64,000 nt of DNA from Acidimicrobiales bacterium (GTDB lineage Bacteria > Actinomycetota > Acidimicrobiia > Acidimicrobiales > Aldehydirespiratoraceae): the NCBI GenBank assembly GCA_963667505.2, contig OY763490.2:3312343-3376342 (forward strand), written 5' to 3'. Positions 8,394-16,697 of the stretch are shown here, one piece after another; within the stretch, counting starts at the first letter, position 1, and each line of letters starts with the position of its first letter. The notes under the pieces were generated by a model that was not told where the DNA came from, searched no databases, and saw only the letters and a list, made by a program, of their open reading frames with translations. A program made the translations under genes and the position numbers.

Positions 8394-9701
8394 ATGAGAC
8401 GACACTCCTTTCGATGGCTGGTAGCAGCGATCGCGGCCTTCTCGCTGGTCGCGGCGTCCTGCGGCGGCGATGACGACGACTCCACCGTCACCCCTGCGGC
8501 TTCCGAAGAAGAGCCGATGGCCGAGGACGAGCCGATGGCCGAAGAGGAGCCGGCGGCCGAAGAAGAGGCGGCGGCCGAAGAGGCCGAAGAGGAGCCGATG
8601 GCCGAAGAAGAGCCGATGGCCGAGGACGAGCCGATGACCGAGGAAGAGGAAATAACCGAGGCCATCGAGGAGTCCGACATAACCGACATCGCGACCCTCG
8701 ACATGGACACCAACGGCGACGGCAAGGTGATCCTCGGCGTGGCCGCGGCGGGTCCGCGTGACGACGGCGCCTACTACCAGGCCCTGGTGGACGCAGCCGA
8801 GGAGATCTCGGCGGCGCAGGGCTGGGAGCCGCCAGTCGTGGTCGACAACATAGAGCCGGCGGTGGCTGCCACGGAGCTTGAGAACCTCGTTGCTCAGGGT
8901 GTCGACATCATCGCCGTCGGAGCGGGCGAGATCTCTGATCCGCTGCCGGACCTGGTCGAGCAGTATCCCGACGTGTTCTGGTACTGCAATTGCGGCACCG
9001 GCTTCCCCCAGATGGACGGCGTGGCCCTAAGCACAAACGACGGCGCTGAGATCGAGTACGTCGTGGGCGTCGCCGCCGGCCTGATCCTCCAGGAGCGGGG
9101 TGGCGACACTGCGTACATGATCGGCTGCTGCGACCTCGGCTTCGAGGTCGAGACCGAGCTGGCAATGCGCCTGGGCCTCAAGGCGGTGGATCCCAGCTAC
9201 GACGTGGTCTACACGCCGACGGGCAACTTCCCGTTCGACTTCGACAACGTGGCCGGGGCAACCGAGGCGTTCAACGTCGCCCTCGACGCGGGCATGGATT
9301 TCGTCTACCCGTACCTGGGCGGCGCCCACGAGCCTCTGGTTCAGTTGGCCAACGAGAACGGCGTCCCGGTGACGAGCGCGGGCGCATCCGACGTGTGTTC
9401 GCGGACCGACCTGCACTGGGACATGGCCGCGCTGTTCGACGGCGGCGACTTCGCCCGGGCCGTGTTCCCGCTCATCGTGTCGGGGCAGTTCGAGGAGGGC
9501 AGCATCTACAAGTTCGCGGTCGGTCGGGATCCGGAGGTCGGCGCGCTGATCTGCAATCCCACGCCGGAGCAGAAGGAGCTGCTGGACCAGGCCCACGCCG
9601 ACGTCTGGAACGGCTACTGCCTGGCGGAGTTCGACATGATCAGGGCCATCGCCTACGGCGGCGTCGAGATGGAGGCCCCGCTGACCTGCTCGGACGCCTG
9701 A
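8394..9701 (+). CDS. BMP-family (PnrA-like) ABC transporter substrate-binding lipoprotein
   Basis: ATG 8394 is preceded by GGAGGG. Signal peptide plus lipobox LVAASC. Acidic repeat linker followed by a BMP/basic membrane protein-like body. Confidence 0.75.
   Translation: MRRHSFRWLVAAIAAFSLVAASCGGDDDDSTVTPAASEEEPMAEDEPMAEEEPAAEEEAAAEEAEEEPMAEEEPMAEDEPMTEEEEITEAIEESDITDIATLDMDTNGDGKVILGVAAAGPRDDGAYYQALVDAAEEISAAQGWEPPVVVDNIEPAVAATELENLVAQGVDIIAVGAGEISDPLPDLVEQYPDVFWYCNCGTGFPQMDGVALSTNDGAEIEYVVGVAAGLILQERGGDTAYMIGCCDLGFEVETELAMRLGLKAVDPSYDVVYTPTGNFPFDFDNVAGATEAFNVALDAGMDFVYPYLGGAHEPLVQLANENGVPVTSAGASDVCSRTDLHWDMAALFDGGDFARAVFPLIVSGQFEEGSIYKFAVGRDPEVGALICNPTPEQKELLDQAHADVWNGYCLAEFDMIRAIAYGGVEMEAPLTCSDA
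8506..8655 (+). repeat. in-frame tandem acidic repeat (EEPMAE-type) in the lipoprotein linker
   Basis: Repeated gaagagccgatggccgag-type units encode EEEPMAEDEPMAEEEPAAEEEAAAEEAEEEPMAEEEPMAEDEPMTEEEE. Confidence 0.8.
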
Positions 9702-9739
9702 GCGCTCCCTAGGGGCCACCGCACCCGAGAGACCGCCAT

Positions 9740-11356
9740 ATGGCTGATCAGCGGACGGCGGGAACGGAGGTTCCCGCCGTCCGTCTCTCCACGATCTCCA
9801 AGTCGTTCGGGGCCATCGTGGCCTGCGACCGCGTTGACCTGACGCTTCACCGCGGCCGGATCCACGGCATCCTCGGAGAGAACGGCGCGGGCAAGTCCAC
9901 GCTCATGAAGGTGCTTATAGGACTGGTGCTCCCAGACGGCGGCACCATCGAGGTGGACGGCGAGCGCTGCCAGATTCGGGATCCCCACGACGCCGCAGCC
10001 CGCGGGATCGGCATGGTCCACCAGCACTTCAGCCTGGTGGAGCCGCTCACGGTGTGGGAGAACGTGATGCTGGGCGACACCGGCCGGTTCGACGCGGCTG
10101 CCGCCCGCCGGCGAGTCGGCGAGATCAGCGAGCACTACGGCCTGGGAGTCGACCCGGACGCCAAGGTCGAGGAACTCTCGGCCGGGGTCCGCCAGCGCGT
10201 CGAGATCATCAAGTGCCTGCGCCGTGATCCCAGCATCCTGATCTTCGACGAGCCGACCTCCGTGCTGACCCCGGGCGAGTCGGAGCGGCTCTTCGATGTG
10301 CTGCGGCTGGCCGTGCGGGAGGAGAACCGGGCGGTGGCCCTAGTGAGTCACAAGCTCGACGAGATCCTCCACGCCACCGACGAGGTGACCATTATGCGGT
10401 CCGGTGCCGTGGTGAGGCGGATGGAGACCTCGGAGGCGGATGCGCCCATGCTGGCCAGGGCGATGGTCGGTCGGGAGGTCTCGCTCCGGTCGGAAGCGTC
10501 TGCGCTGGGCCTCATCGAGACGGTCGTGGCCGGCGTCGACGACGTCGACGACGCTCGACACCAGACGGCAGGCGACGCCGGGGCCGAATCCGAGGCGCGG
10601 GTGCCCGCGCTCCGCCTCCGAGACGTCGAGGCCCGCGGCCCCGACGGGCGGGTCGCCCTCGACGGTCTGAGCGTCGACGTTTTCGACTCCGAGATCGTGG
10701 GCGTGGCCGGCGTGGAGGGCAACGGCCAGGCCGCACTGACCGACTTGCTGTCGAGCCTGTTGAACGCGGAGGCGGGCACGGTCGAGGTCGACGGCCTCAG
10801 GGTGCAGCCGGGGCGGCCGGGCGCCATGTCCAGAGCGGGCGTGGCCGTCATCCCCGAGGACCGCCACACTTCCGGCTGCGTGCTCGACATGACCGTGGCC
10901 GAGAATCTGTTTTTGGTGGACATCGAGAAGATCGCCACCCGCGGGATCTACGACCCGGCCGTCATGCGACGGGACGCGGCCCGCCTCATCGACGACTTCG
11001 AGATCCAGACGGCTGGTCCGGACGCCCCGTTCTGGTCGCTCTCGGGCGGTAACCAGCAGCGAGTGGTGCTGGCCCGGGAGTTGAGCTACTCGCCCAAGGT
11101 GCTGGTGGCGGCCCAGCCCACCCGGGGGCTTGATGTGGGCGCCATCGAATGGATGACCGACCGTCTCCGCAAGGTGGCCGAGAGCGGCGTCGGGGTGCTG
11201 CTCATCTCGAGCGAACTGGAGGAGATCCTGCAGCTCTCGCACCGCGTCGTCGTGCTGTTCCGCGGTCGCATCATCGGCGAGATGGACAGAGCCGATGTGG
11301 ATCTCGAGGAGCTGGGCCTGCTGTTGGGCGGCGCCAGCGCCGAGGCAGCTGCCTAG
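9740..11356 (+). CDS. ABC transporter ATP-binding protein (duplicated ATPase, sugar/nucleoside type)
   Basis: GENGAGKST Walker A, LSAGVRQRVEI signature, and a second half with LSGGNQQRV. 538 aa. Confidence 0.9.
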   Translation: MADQRTAGTEVPAVRLSTISKSFGAIVACDRVDLTLHRGRIHGILGENGAGKSTLMKVLIGLVLPDGGTIEVDGERCQIRDPHDAAARGIGMVHQHFSLVEPLTVWENVMLGDTGRFDAAAARRRVGEISEHYGLGVDPDAKVEELSAGVRQRVEIIKCLRRDPSILIFDEPTSVLTPGESERLFDVLRLAVREENRAVALVSHKLDEILHATDEVTIMRSGAVVRRMETSEADAPMLARAMVGREVSLRSEASALGLIETVVAGVDDVDDARHQTAGDAGAESEARVPALRLRDVEARGPDGRVALDGLSVDVFDSEIVGVAGVEGNGQAALTDLLSSLLNAEAGTVEVDGLRVQPGRPGAMSRAGVAVIPEDRHTSGCVLDMTVAENLFLVDIEKIATRGIYDPAVMRRDAARLIDDFEIQTAGPDAPFWSLSGGNQQRVVLARELSYSPKVLVAAQPTRGLDVGAIEWMTDRLRKVAESGVGVLLISSELEEILQLSHRVVVLFRGRIIGEMDRADVDLEELGLLLGGASAEAAA

Positions 11357-11377
11357 ACCGGGGGACAGGGGGTCGAC

Positions 11378-12547
11378 ATGAGCGAGCAGCAGACGCCGCC
11401 GCTGGCCGCCGAAGGTCCCGACGTCGGGTCGGACGAGGCTGCCAAGGAGGCGCACGCGCCCTCGCGGCTGCGTGAGGCCGGGGTGGCTGCGGCCATGTAC
11501 CTGGGATGCATCGTCGTGGCCCTGCTCGCATCGGCGATCATCGTGTGGGCGACCGGAGGTTCGTGGCAGGCCGTCTTCTCCGCCCTGCTCGACGGCAGCC
11601 TGCGGGCCCCCGGACGGTGGGGAGAGACCATCGGCATCGCCATCCCGTTGGTGGTGGTGGCCCTGGGAACCGCCATCAACGGCCGGGCCGGAGTTGTCAA
11701 CATCGGCCAGGAGGGCCAGCTGATGATCGGCACGGCCTTCGCCACCTACGTGGGCGTGCGCCTGGGCGGTCCCGGACCGGTGGTAGTGATCTGCCTGCTC
11801 ATCGTGGGGGCCCTCGCGGGAGCAATGTGGGCGGGCATCGCCAGCTGGCTCCTCTATTGGCGGCGGGTGCCGGAGGTGCTCACCACGCTGCTGCTGATAA
11901 CGGTGGCCTCCCAGATCGGCGGCTACGCGTTGAAGGTCGACTGGCTGCTGCTGGCTCCGTTCCGCGAGGACCGCTCGGTTCGCAACCAAGTGAGCGACCA
12001 GCTCGCCAAGGACACCCGGCTGCCCCGCATCGACATCTGGGGCAACGATTTCCCGATCAGCTCCATCGCGGTGGTGCTGATGGCGGTGATCGTGTTCCTG
12101 CTGTTCAAGCGCAGCGTGTGGGGCTTCCGCATGGGCATGCTGGGCCGCAACGCCCGCACGGCGCAGCGGGCCGGCGTTTCGACGGTCAAGTACGGCACCA
12201 CCGCCATGCTCATCTCGGGCGCGTGCGCGGGCCTGGCCGGGGCCCTGATGCTCTCCGGCGGCGACTTCGGGAACTACCGGTTCACGCCCGGCTTCGCCAA
12301 CAACATCGGATGGGAAGGGCTGCTGGTGGCGCTGGTCGCCCGCTCGCACCCCGTCGGCATCGTGGTGGTGGCCTTCAGCTTCGCCGGACTGCGGGCCGGC
12401 TCCGGTTTCCTGGCCGCCACCGGGGTCGAGCGCGAGATCTCCCAAGTGGTCCTCGCCCTACTGGTGCTGGCGCTGCTGGTGCCACCGGCCATCCTGTTCA
12501 TCCGCGAGCGCCGCCGCGCGCTGTCGGCCACCAGAGACAGGACCTGA
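11378..12547 (+). CDS. ABC transporter permease (BPD_transp_2 type)
   Basis: Multi-TM hydrophobic protein directly downstream of the ATPase. ATG 11378. Confidence 0.8.
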   Translation: MSEQQTPPLAAEGPDVGSDEAAKEAHAPSRLREAGVAAAMYLGCIVVALLASAIIVWATGGSWQAVFSALLDGSLRAPGRWGETIGIAIPLVVVALGTAINGRAGVVNIGQEGQLMIGTAFATYVGVRLGGPGPVVVICLLIVGALAGAMWAGIASWLLYWRRVPEVLTTLLLITVASQIGGYALKVDWLLLAPFREDRSVRNQVSDQLAKDTRLPRIDIWGNDFPISSIAVVLMAVIVFLLFKRSVWGFRMGMLGRNARTAQRAGVSTVKYGTTAMLISGACAGLAGALMLSGGDFGNYRFTPGFANNIGWEGLLVALVARSHPVGIVVVAFSFAGLRAGSGFLAATGVEREISQVVLALLVLALLVPPAILFIRERRRALSATRDRT

Positions 12548-12550
12548 CCG

Positions 12551-13486
12551 ATGGGAGGCTTCTTCTCCGCCATAGCCGACGTGGTCGCCAACGACGTGAC
12601 CTATTCGGGCGCCATGCGCTTCGCCGCGCTGCTCGCATTCGCCGCCATCGGCGAGACCATCGCCGAGAAGGCCGGCACCCTCAACATCTCCCTGGAGGGG
12701 ATGATTCTGGGGGGCGCCTTCGCCGGGGCGCTGGGCATGCACCTCACGGAGTCGGTGACGGTCGGGCTGATCTTCGCCACCGTCGTCGGGGTCGTGGTGG
12801 CGTCGGTGCAGGCCAACATGAGCCATCGGCTCACCGCCAACCAGTTCGTGGTCGGGCTGGCTCTCAACACCCTGGTGCTGGGCATCGCCAGCTTCCTGAA
12901 CACCAGCATCCAGCCGGTGTCGAGGGCCGCGCACCGGTTCGAGATCCCCGGCGTGTCGGAGATCCCCCTGGTGGGCGACGCCTTCTTCAATCAGCCTTGG
13001 CCCCTGTACTTGGTGTACCCGATGATCCCGGCCGCGTGGTGGCTGCTGTACCGCACCCGGTGGGGCCTCGAGGTGCGGGCGGTGGGCGAGAACCCGCAGT
13101 CGGCCGACGTGTCGGGCATCGACGTCAACAAGCGCCGACGCCAGTCCATCTACATCGCGGGGTTCACGTCCGGACTGGGCGGCGGCTATCTGGTGCTGGG
13201 CCAGATCGGGCGGTTCGAGGACGCCATCGTCGGCGGCCAGGGGTTCATCGCCATCGCCGCGGTGATCTTCGGCGGATGGACCATGCGGGGCGTCATCGGC
13301 GGGTGTCTCCTGTTCGGCACGGTCAACTCGTTCCGGCTGACTCTGCCAACCGTGGGTCACGAGCTCAATTCCGAGCTCCTGTCGGCCGCGCCGTTCGTGG
13401 TGACCATCGTCACCGTTACCTTCTTCGCCCACCGCACCCGCGAGCCTCGGGCACTGGCCCAGCCCTTCGTACGCGGCCTCACCTAA
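12551..13486 (+). CDS. ABC transporter permease (second membrane subunit)
   Basis: Multi-TM protein of 311 aa, 3 nt after the previous permease. Confidence 0.8.
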   Translation: MGGFFSAIADVVANDVTYSGAMRFAALLAFAAIGETIAEKAGTLNISLEGMILGGAFAGALGMHLTESVTVGLIFATVVGVVVASVQANMSHRLTANQFVVGLALNTLVLGIASFLNTSIQPVSRAAHRFEIPGVSEIPLVGDAFFNQPWPLYLVYPMIPAAWWLLYRTRWGLEVRAVGENPQSADVSGIDVNKRRRQSIYIAGFTSGLGGGYLVLGQIGRFEDAIVGGQGFIAIAAVIFGGWTMRGVIGGCLLFGTVNSFRLTLPTVGHELNSELLSAAPFVVTIVTVTFFAHRTREPRALAQPFVRGLT

Positions 13487-13590
13487 GTTCCGGTGCTCAC
13501 CCAGGCTCGAGACCCAGGCTCGATCGGCCTCACCTAAGCTCCGGCTCCTCCCCCAGGCTCGAGCGGCCTCACCTAAGCTCCGGATTCTCA
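13474..13590. repeat. three tandem copies of the permease 3' end including its TAA stop context (CGGCCTCACCTAAGYTCCGG)
   Basis: Copies start at 13474, 13525 and 13564. CCCAGGCTCGAG is also reiterated between them. Confidence 0.85.
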
Positions 13591-13605
13591 CCGGGAAGGA
13601 GCGGC

Positions 13606-14601
13606 ATGAAGACGGTTCCCACTATCGACATCAGCGGCACTCGCAACGGCAACGGTTCATCGCCGGCCAGGGTGGAGGAGGTGGGGAGGGCCCTCGACGA
13701 GGCCTGCGCCACCAGCGGATTCTTCATCGTCACGGGCCATGGCGTGTCATCCGGGCTGATCGCGGAGGTGATGGAGGTGTCGCGGCGGTTCTTCAGTCTG
13801 CCGCCCGAGTCCAAGCAGAAGGTGGCACCGCCCGGCCCTCACCACTTCCGCGGCTGGCTGGGCCTCGACACCACGTCGCTGGCGGCCACTCTGGGTGATG
13901 ACGAGGCGCCGCCCGATCTCTGCGAGTCGTTCAACGTGAGCCGATTCGACGATCCGGAGATCTGGGCCCGGGCCCATGTCGAGGAGGCTGAGGCCACGTT
14001 CCTGCCCAACCTGTGGCCGGAGGAGCCGCCTGAGCTGCGGCCCGTGTTCGAGCGCTACTACGCGGTGATGGAGCAGTTGTGCATGGACATGCTGCCGTTG
14101 TTCGCCCGGGCGCTGGACCTGCCCGGCGACTGGTTCAACGACAAGGTCGTCGACCACACCGCCCTGCTGCTCATCAACTGGTACCCGCCCGCGGAGACCG
14201 TCCGCCCCGGACAGCTGCGCAGGGGTGCCCACACTGACTACGGCGCGTTCACCATGGTCGCGGCCGAGCAGATCCCGGGCCTGCAGATCTTGGTGGACGA
14301 CCAATGGACCGACGTGCCCATGGTGCCGGAGTCCTTCGTCGTCAACCTCGGTGATCTCATGGCCCGCTGGACCAATGACCGGTGGGTCTCGACCCTGCAC
14401 AGGGTGGTGATCCCCGACGGGGCCGACCAGCACCGGGACCGGGTGTCGGTGCCGTTCTTCTTCCAGCCCTCGTACCGGGCCCGGATCGAGACCATCCCCA
14501 CAACCATCACGCCCGACCGTCCCGCCAAGTACGGGCCGGTCCTCTCCGGGGAGTGGATCAGGGCCAAGAATCTGTCGATGCTCGAGGAGCGGGATTCCTA
14601 A
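13606..14601 (+). CDS. 2-oxoglutarate/Fe(II)-dependent oxygenase (isopenicillin N synthase family)
   Basis: ATG 13606 after GGAAGGAG. HTD...H iron triad (GAHTDYG, STLHRV) and RVSVPFF 2OG-binding motif. The upstream part of track ORF 11506..14601 is a shadow frame. Confidence 0.85.
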   Translation: MKTVPTIDISGTRNGNGSSPARVEEVGRALDEACATSGFFIVTGHGVSSGLIAEVMEVSRRFFSLPPESKQKVAPPGPHHFRGWLGLDTTSLAATLGDDEAPPDLCESFNVSRFDDPEIWARAHVEEAEATFLPNLWPEEPPELRPVFERYYAVMEQLCMDMLPLFARALDLPGDWFNDKVVDHTALLLINWYPPAETVRPGQLRRGAHTDYGAFTMVAAEQIPGLQILVDDQWTDVPMVPESFVVNLGDLMARWTNDRWVSTLHRVVIPDGADQHRDRVSVPFFFQPSYRARIETIPTTITPDRPAKYGPVLSGEWIRAKNLSMLEERDS

Positions 14602-14641
14602 GCATCAGCGTGGGCGCCGGCTAGTCCTGCTGCTGGCGGCG

Positions 14642-15259
14642 GTGGCGATGGCCGTCAGCGCGTTGGGAACGGTGGCGCTCGGCACAGCCGCCCTCCTCGA
14701 CCTGGGTCCGTTCGCCCCCACCGAGCCCCGGGGGCTCAAGGTGGTGGACCGACTGGACGACTGCCGCGACGCCGGCCTCGACAGGGGCGAGGGCTGCGAC
14801 GCCGGCGCCGACATCGAGGCGATCAGCCTCCAAGTGTCCGACGGGGACGTCCTGGCGGTGGAGCTGCGACTCACCGAAGCCCCGGACCTCGGCCCGTCGC
14901 TGGCTTGGACGGCCGAGTTCTACGTGGACGCCGCCAACGCCCACACCGACGGCGGCGTGATCTGCGTCCTGTCCAACGTCGCGCCCGACGCCGCCGGGGA
15001 TCAGGCGCCCGGGATCCAAACCGCCTCCTACGCCCTGGATCCGAACACCGTCCCTCGCCGGTCGCTGCCCGCCGGCGCCTGCAACGGCAGCCTCCAGGAC
15101 GCCTCTGCCAAGTTCTGGATCAATGTCGCCGGCCAGCCCGACGAGACGCAGTTCCGGGTGGTCGGACTGGTGCGGGTCGAGCACCCCGACGATCGTGGCC
15201 GCCTCGGCTCAGAGGACGACTTCCTGGCCCGCGCGTCGCTGGCTGACCTCCGGCGTTGA
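14642..15259 (+). CDS. hypothetical protein (possible secreted protein)
   Basis: GTG start with a hydrophobic N-terminus. Non-shadow amino-acid composition. No family recognised. Confidence 0.35.
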   Translation: MAMAVSALGTVALGTAALLDLGPFAPTEPRGLKVVDRLDDCRDAGLDRGEGCDAGADIEAISLQVSDGDVLAVELRLTEAPDLGPSLAWTAEFYVDAANAHTDGGVICVLSNVAPDAAGDQAPGIQTASYALDPNTVPRRSLPAGACNGSLQDASAKFWINVAGQPDETQFRVVGLVRVEHPDDRGRLGSEDDFLARASLADLRR

Positions 15260-15330
15260 CTGGCGGGGCGGTTCGCTGGATTCGGGCGTTGACTGGCGGG
15301 CCGGATTCCGGTCTCGGGCGTTGACCGCCT
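15250..15330. repeat. three tandem copies (~32-34 bp period) of the preceding gene's stop context GGGCGTTGACYGSC
   Basis: Copies at 15252-15268, 15284-15300 and 15316-15329. The first contains the TGA stop at 15257-15259. Each copy contains a TTGAC -35-like pentamer. Confidence 0.8.
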
Positions 15331-15348
15331 GAGTGGCCTGTCAGTAGC

Positions 15349-16272
15349 GTGGCGAAGATGTACGGCGCGGCGCCGGCCTCTCACCTGAGTGCGGAGGCCC
15401 GGGAGTTCTTGGCGAACTACCGGGCTGCCGGAGGGGACTTGGACTTGGCGGATCCGAAGGCGGTGGTCGGGGCCCGGCAGGGCTCCCTGGCCGGCTGGGT
15501 CGCCCACAACGAGGGGCTCGACGGACCGTGGGTCAGCCGGGCCGCCACGGTCGCCGACGTGCCGGTGGTGAGCTTCGCCGTGGACGAGCAGGCCTTGGCC
15601 GCCGATCAGGTGATCGTGCATATCCACGGCGGGGCGTTCATCCTGGGCTCGGCGGTGGCCAGCGCGGCGTTCGCAGTGGGTGTGGCCCAGCGTGCCGGAC
15701 TGCCGGTCGTGTCGGTCGACTACCGCCTGGCCCCCGAGCACCGCTGTCCGGCCGCGGTCGAGGACGTCGTCAGCGTCTGCCGAGGCCTGGCCGAGTCGCA
15801 GCGTGTGGCGGCGGTCTTCGGGGAGTCGGCCGGCGCGAACCTGACCCTGGCCGCCGCGGTAGCCCTGCGCGACCAGGGTGCGGCGCTCCCCGACCGTCTC
15901 GGCCTGCTGTCCCCGTGGGTCGATCTCACCTGCTCGGGCGACACGTACAGCACGCTGGCCGCGTCCGATGCGGTGCTGGGCCCCCTCGACAGTGCAGGCA
16001 CCGCCGCCGCCTACGCAGGCAACGGCACGGCCAGCCCGGAGGCCTCGCCGCTGTTCGCCGACCTGGCCGGGCTGCCGCCTGCGCTCATCCAGGTCGGCAG
16101 CCGCGAGCTCCTGCTGTCGGACTCGTTCCGGCTCGAGACAGCGCTCCGCCGTGCCGGTGTCGCCGTCGAGCTCAATGTATGGGACGGCCTCTGGCACGGC
16201 TGGCAGCGCCTGTACCAGATCCCCGAAGCCGGCCAGGCCCTAGACGACCTAGCCACCTTCCTCACGAACTGA
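15349..16272 (+). CDS. alpha/beta hydrolase, hormone-sensitive-lipase-type esterase
   Basis: HGGAF oxyanion motif, GESAGANL nucleophile elbow, C-terminal His region. Confidence 0.8.
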   Translation: MAKMYGAAPASHLSAEAREFLANYRAAGGDLDLADPKAVVGARQGSLAGWVAHNEGLDGPWVSRAATVADVPVVSFAVDEQALAADQVIVHIHGGAFILGSAVASAAFAVGVAQRAGLPVVSVDYRLAPEHRCPAAVEDVVSVCRGLAESQRVAAVFGESAGANLTLAAAVALRDQGAALPDRLGLLSPWVDLTCSGDTYSTLAASDAVLGPLDSAGTAAAYAGNGTASPEASPLFADLAGLPPALIQVGSRELLLSDSFRLETALRRAGVAVELNVWDGLWHGWQRLYQIPEAGQALDDLATFLTN

Positions 16273-16338
16273 CGCCCGGGTCGCGGTCAAATCCGATTGT
16301 CCCGACGATCCGGGCCATCCTGGATCGGGCATCGCCTC

Positions 16339-16620
16339 TCAAGACGGGGGGTCTTCGGGTTCGGGGAGGTCGGGTTCGGGTGGGTCGGGGAAGCCGATTC
16401 GCAGGTAGCCCTCGATGCGGGCCAGGCGCTGGCCGTTGTGGGACACCTCGGTGCACAGCTGGCCGATGGTCCTGCTGAACTCCGTGCGCAGTTCGGTGTT
16501 GGCCTGGTTGAAATCGTCGCGCAGTTTGTCGGTGCTGCGCTGTTGGTGCCAGATGATCGTCAGTACTGCCAGCGCCACGGTGGCCAGCTGAGCGAGGGTG
16601 ACGGCTGCTTCGGCGCTCAT
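16339..16620 (-). CDS. small membrane-anchored coiled-coil protein, paralogue 1 of 3
   Basis: N-terminal TM (LAQLATVALAVLTIIW), coiled-coil, and the C-terminal NGQRLARIEGYL motif shared with 18503..18841 and 18828..19133. Confidence 0.55.
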   Translation of the reverse strand: MSAEAAVTLAQLATVALAVLTIIWHQQRSTDKLRDDFNQANTELRTEFSRTIGQLCTEVSHNGQRLARIEGYLRIGFPDPPEPDLPEPEDPPS

Positions 16621-16697
16621 GGGATCACCCTACCTCCATTTGGACTGACAATAACTCAATATTATGAAAATTGCTCTAACTTGCGCGGTTGGAGCGG

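Noticed and set aside
8204-8725. The Ser-rich N-terminal extension of track ORF 6956..8725.
   Set aside because: It is the antisense reading of the acidic repeat of the lipoprotein gene. The Rieske protein aligns from MAPTRSP at 8203.
10340-13605. ORF 10340..12445 (-) of 701 aa, and the first ~700 codons of ORF 11506..14601 (+).
   Set aside because: Both are shadow frames over the ABC ATPase and permease genes with R/G/P/H-rich composition. Only the last 331 codons (from ATG 13606) of the second ORF form a recognisable 2OG oxygenase.
13474-15330. The possibility that the short tandem repeats at 13474-13590 and 15250-15330 are CRISPR arrays.
   Set aside because: There are only three copies, with irregular periods of 32-51 bp. 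The 'spacers' are partly repeated themselves, and no cas genes are present.
14621-16197. Minus-strand ORFs 14621..15184 and 15028..16197.
   Set aside because: They have shadow-frame composition and are antisense to an esterase with clear HGG/GxSxG motifs.
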